Positions 60,172-64,000 of a DNA stretch of 64,000 bases are shown piece after piece. Source of the stretch: Candidatus Poribacteria bacterium. GTDB lineage: Bacteria > Poribacteria > WGA-4E > PCPOR2b. Below the pieces are notes generated by a model. The model worked only from the letters and a program-made list of their open reading frames with translations, was not told where the DNA came from and did no database searches. The translations under genes and the position numbers were made by a program. The stretch is taken from positions 3,680,001 to 3,744,000 of the forward strand of contig OZ244587.1 in the NCBI GenBank assembly GCA_965218095.1. Direction: 5' to 3'. How positions within the stretch are numbered: the stretch's first letter is position 1; the number at the start of each line of letters is the position of its first letter.

Positions 60172-61047
60172 TCAATCTTCATTGACCACCCAGAACGGCT
60201 GCGTCCATGCACGGCGATCGCCGACGCCCCAACATTCAAAGCGGACGTAGGTTGCGTCATCCGGGACATGGACCTCAAGCACATGAGCGTCGACCATGGC
60301 AAAGCCTCGTCCGTTATCACACAGTACGGCGATGCGATGGGCGTTATATGTCTCAATGCGGACATGCAGACCGTCCACTTTGATGTGGTCAATCATGACG
60401 CCGGTTGAAGCATAAAACCTCCCCTGGCGTAGCGCCTCCAGGATGCCCTCGCGCGTACGCGCCTTCACATAGGCCATAACCCAGCCGTGCCCGGCGTCGA
60501 CGGGGCGGTGGTAGTCGTCGCTGGCAAAGCCCCAGAGCCGGCGAGCTTGACTGAGCAGGATGTCCCACTTGTCGGTGGCGTAGGCGCTACCTGCTGCACG
60601 CAAACCGTTGGCGTTGAAGATCTCCAGTCCCAAGTAGCCCCTCCATCGCTGCATCAACTCAAGGCTGCAATTGTCAAACTCCCGACCAGTATTGGGATGA
60701 TTCACAATCGCGAATCCAGCGCCAGCGTTGATTTCGTCAATGACCTTCTGCCTATCTTCGTACGGCTCAATCCGGTGGTTGGCGCCAACATGTAGGATAT
60801 GTGGTCCACCCTTGGATACCTCATTACCGGGGATAAGGATTATCCCGTGGTGGTTCCAATCGCTGATGTCGTTGAAGCTATAGAACTTGTCATGTTCAGT
60901 TAAACCGAGGAATCCGTAGCCGAGCCGTGCGTAGTGACTGATTAAGTCGAAGGGCCTATCCGCGGGTAGTGGGTGTGCGTGCAGATTGCCGCGCAGCCAT
61001 AAGCCGTCCGTCAGGTCATGGTAGGGATGATCAAGGAATTTGGGCAT
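60172..61047 (-). CDS. PHP-domain (CehA/McbA-like) metallohydrolase
   Basis: GNLHAH, TEHD, NHP, SDDYH, GRFYASTG. Confidence 0.85.
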   Translation of the reverse strand: MPKFLDHPYHDLTDGLWLRGNLHAHPLPADRPFDLISHYARLGYGFLGLTEHDKFYSFNDISDWNHHGIILIPGNEVSKGGPHILHVGANHRIEPYEDRQKVIDEINAGAGFAIVNHPNTGREFDNCSLELMQRWRGYLGLEIFNANGLRAAGSAYATDKWDILLSQARRLWGFASDDYHRPVDAGHGWVMAYVKARTREGILEALRQGRFYASTGVMIDHIKVDGLHVRIETYNAHRIAVLCDNGRGFAMVDAHVLEVHVPDDATYVRFECWGVGDRRAWTQPFWVVNED

Positions 61048-61097
61048 TGGTTGCCTCCTGGAATGATACCGGTTTCAGGTTCTTTTCAGCCGGCATG

Positions 61098-62282
61098 TTA
61101 CCGCAGTTTGCCAGCGTATCTGGGAACCTTCAATTGCATCTCCGGACGGTGCAGGTTGTACAGATCGATCGGTTCGTAGGGATGCTTCAGCGCGACCGCT
61201 TCGTTGAATTCGACACCCAATCCCGGACGGTCAGGGATTTCGATCCAGCCATCTTCGACGACCATCGGATTTGTGCAAACGTCGAAGCGCCAGGGTTCGG
61301 GTGGAAAGTGCTCCAACGTCAGGAAGTTTGGGACGCACGCAGCGAGCTGAACGGCGGCGGCGTAGGACACTTCCCCGTTAGGGTTGTGCGGAGCGAATGC
61401 CGCATAGTGCGAATCAGCGATGGCGGCAATCTTCCTCGCCTCAAGCACCCCGCCGCAGTGCGACATATCCGGCTGAACGATGTCGGCACCGCCGCGCTCA
61501 AGCAGTTGCTGAAAGCTAAAGATGGTGAACAATCGCTCGCCCGTGGCGACCGGTATGTCAATCTTGCTCCGCACGTATGCCATTGCATCAAGGTTTTCGT
61601 GGGGAACGGGTTCTTCAAAGAAACTGATGTTGTACGGTTCGATGCCTTTGGCCGCCCGGACCGCGTTGGCGGCGGTGTTGAATATCCCGTTGCAGTCGAT
61701 GTACAGATCGATATCCGGCCCAACCGCCTGGCGAACCGCTGCCACTGCGTCAATGCCCGTATTCAGGATGTTGTTATCTAGCCGATAGAAATCGATACCG
61801 GGGCGTCCGCCCCAGGGATTGAATTTCAACCCCTTGACCCCGAGTTTCATCATCTCCTTCGCTGCCTGCTCAAACTCGTCGGGACTCATGCCCTGACGAT
61901 ACCATGCGTTGGCGTACAACTTAATCCGATCGCGTGTGCGACCTCCGAGCAGTTCGTATACCGGTACCCCAAGCGCCTTGCCTTTGATGTCCCACAACGC
62001 GGTTTCGACTCCACTGATTGCGCTAGTCAGCACCTCTCCGCCGGCGTAGAACGCCCGTCGGTACATCTCTTGAAAGTGCTTTTCGATGGCGAAAGGGTCT
62101 TTTCCGATGATGTAGCGAACCAACTCCACCACCGCCGCTTCGACCGTCTTTGACTTCCCTTCGAGGGTGGCCTCGCCGACGCCGTGGATGCCTTCATCTG
62201 TCTCGAGTTTCACTATGAGCCAGTTGCGAAAGCTTCCACCGACTAAGAAGGTTTTGACTTGTGTCACACGCATGCGTTTCAT
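61098..62282 (-). CDS. Mandelate racemase/enolase superfamily enzyme, galactonate dehydratase-like
   Basis: GVGEATLEG, ALWDIKGK, EEP, ATGER, QPD, APHNP. Confidence 0.9.
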   Translation of the reverse strand: MKRMRVTQVKTFLVGGSFRNWLIVKLETDEGIHGVGEATLEGKSKTVEAAVVELVRYIIGKDPFAIEKHFQEMYRRAFYAGGEVLTSAISGVETALWDIKGKALGVPVYELLGGRTRDRIKLYANAWYRQGMSPDEFEQAAKEMMKLGVKGLKFNPWGGRPGIDFYRLDNNILNTGIDAVAAVRQAVGPDIDLYIDCNGIFNTAANAVRAAKGIEPYNISFFEEPVPHENLDAMAYVRSKIDIPVATGERLFTIFSFQQLLERGGADIVQPDMSHCGGVLEARKIAAIADSHYAAFAPHNPNGEVSYAAAVQLAACVPNFLTLEHFPPEPWRFDVCTNPMVVEDGWIEIPDRPGLGVEFNEAVALKHPYEPIDLYNLHRPEMQLKVPRYAGKLR

Positions 62283-62330
62283 CTGAGTGAACTCCTTTCA
62301 AACGTTGTCCGGTAAATGCACCGCCAGATT

Positions 62331-62567
62331 TCAGGCTCGTTCACGTCTGACCTCCGCTAGCGCCTCCAACAGATCCCGTTCCACTTCGCCCTCCAGAACA
62401 TGAGCAAAGGCGGTGTGAAATTGTGCTGTGATGTGTTCCCATTCTTCTTCCCAGGAAACCGAGTCGTTTTCAAGCACTTTACGGAGTTGTTCCCGTTCAA
62501 CCTTCGGAAGTTTTTCAATCAATGGCAAGATCTTTTCGAGCGTAACTGGTTCAGTGATTTGGATCAT
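62331..62567 (-). CDS. Small hypothetical protein, antitoxin-like
   Basis: GGAGG RBS; 78 aa, acidic and helical, ending ALAEVRRERA. Confidence 0.55.
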   Translation of the reverse strand: MIQITEPVTLEKILPLIEKLPKVEREQLRKVLENDSVSWEEEWEHITAQFHTAFAHVLEGEVERDLLEALAEVRRERA

Positions 62568-62662
62568 TGGATTGCCTCCGTTTCTGTCATTAAAGATACT
62601 CTGCAAACTCGGTACAACACAAAGTTGTCATGATTTCAGCATCGAGATGACATTATCTATTG

Positions 62663-63498
62663 TCACTCAAGTTCCAGCAACTCAAGCGAGTTGCGGTGGA
62701 TAATGCCCTCAATCACACCGTCCGGAATGCGAGGCAGCTTCGTACCTTCGAGTGGATCGTTCAGCCGACGCATCTTTTCCATGCCCTCCTCCGGCGTCCA
62801 TAACGGAAAATCAGAACCGAAAAGTAGTTTGTCTGTCACGCCCCACTCGGCCATGCCAATCAACGCCTCCCACCCCTGCCATGGCCGCACCCACACGCCG
62901 GAGACATCGGCATAGACATTTGGATGCTTGCGCAAGACGACGGCGCAATCACGCTGCCAAGGATGCGCCATGTGCGCCATGATGAACTTGAGGTTCGGGA
63001 ATGCCTGAGCAATTTCGTCAACCAACAGAGGCAAGCTGTACTTGAGGGGCGCTCTGGGGTTCGGGTGTGTCCCTAGATGGGACAAAATTGGCAGCCCCAT
63101 CCGTTGCGCCTTTTCGTATAGTGGAAAGATGGTGGGATCGGTGGGATCATACCTGCCTAGCATCGGGTAGATCTTGATCCCCGCAGCCCAAGGTCGGACA
63201 CGCACCGGTCAATCTCTTCCAGATGGTTGTCTTCCATCGGATCTATTGCCACGAAGCCAATCAATTTATCCGGCGCGTACTTGACCCATTCAGCGGTGAA
63301 ATCGTTGGGACTCCGTACCCCGGTGGAGACACCTCGCACTCCGAAGACGATCGCCTTATCGACAGCCTTCATGTGCGCCAGGTACGTTTCGGGCGACAGC
63401 GGCTGCATCGGCGGATAGCCTGCCCGTTCATCTGCACGACGGGCGACTTCGCTGATGTGCTCCGGCTGAAGACAATGCGTGTGTACATCAACAATCAT
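62663..63498 (-). pseudogene. Amidohydrolase_2 family protein, frameshift in a G-run near 63180 (possible sequencing error)
   Basis: VDVHTH in one frame; GLRG|IKIYP junction; AHMAHPW and LLFGSDFP in the next frame. Confidence 0.85.
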
Positions 63499-64000
63499 GT
63501 AGTTCTCCTTTTATCATCTGATCTTGACTCCAGTTTGCGGCACAATACGAAGTTTCCTCCCCCCGGTCAATGATGTTCTATTTGCTCATGTTTAAGCTCC
63601 TCACCCGCTCGGTGCGGGCAGCCGTGGATGTTTGTCGGAAAACCTTCGGTGGGTTGGATACCTTGGTAAATTCAGCGGGGGTTATTCACTTTGCTCCACT
63701 GACCAAAACTATGTCAATCCCCGGCCATATAAGTGAAAACTCGCATGCCTCGTCTCTTATGCAACAGGGGTGCCTCCAATTGGCTCGAAGCATGATCGGG
63801 AAGAATTGCAGTTCTCCGGGGAAACAAATCGATCATCCGGGCCAACCATCGTCATCGTACAGTTACACCAGTAGTTTGAGAACGGGTTGGTTTCGACAAG
63901 ATTTTGCAAGTTTCCACCGGGGGTGTAAAGCGCCTTGGTGCATAGGTTTTGACATATCGATCGATTCAAGAGAGACGAGCCTTTTTCTGCTAACATGTTC

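Noticed and set aside
60969-61781. Long alternative-strand ORFs such as this 270 aa one and 22516-23247
   Set aside because: Shadows of well-supported genes on the opposite strand
62663-63498. Programmed frameshift in the amidohydrolase (and at ~23408)
   Set aside because: Single-base losses in short homopolymers with no obvious slippery heptamer or stimulator; mutation or sequencing error is more likely
63500-64000. Possible gene at the window end
   Set aside because: Only a short ORF with no motif; cannot be supported from this window

Overview
Bacterial genomic window that most resembles the sponge symbiont 'Candidatus Poribacteria'. This is an inference from LamG proteins ending in KLATxWGxLK, YWTD and FG-GAP proteins with an NxPNPFNPETW C-terminal domain, and PhyH, Gfo/Idh/MocA and DUF6785-like genes. 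It holds a pyrimidine-biosynthesis region (pyrB, pyrD, pyrK) riddled with IS elements, an NMT1/THI5-type ABC importer, catabolic genes (several decayed), an orphan PglZ-domain gene, rpiA, ggt, a potA-like ATPase and a ~12 kb cluster of secreted repeat proteins. The most notable signals are non-coding: (1) an apparently complete ORF-less group II intron (36068-36796) whose EBS loops match a dispersed GAGTTCA-type repeat, plus a second intron remnant whose EBS2 matches its own different flank; (2) a ~345 nt minus-strand structured RNA candidate (30077-30420) between a promoter-like site and a strong terminator, with two mutually exclusive folds; (3) a riboswitch-like leader before the ABC operon; (4) two different IS elements joined head-to-head that appear to have moved as one unit; (5) LamG units sharing promoter, C-terminal motif and 3' element, one with a T12 tract in the promoter spacer. 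All family calls come from motif recognition by eye; no searches or folding programs were run.
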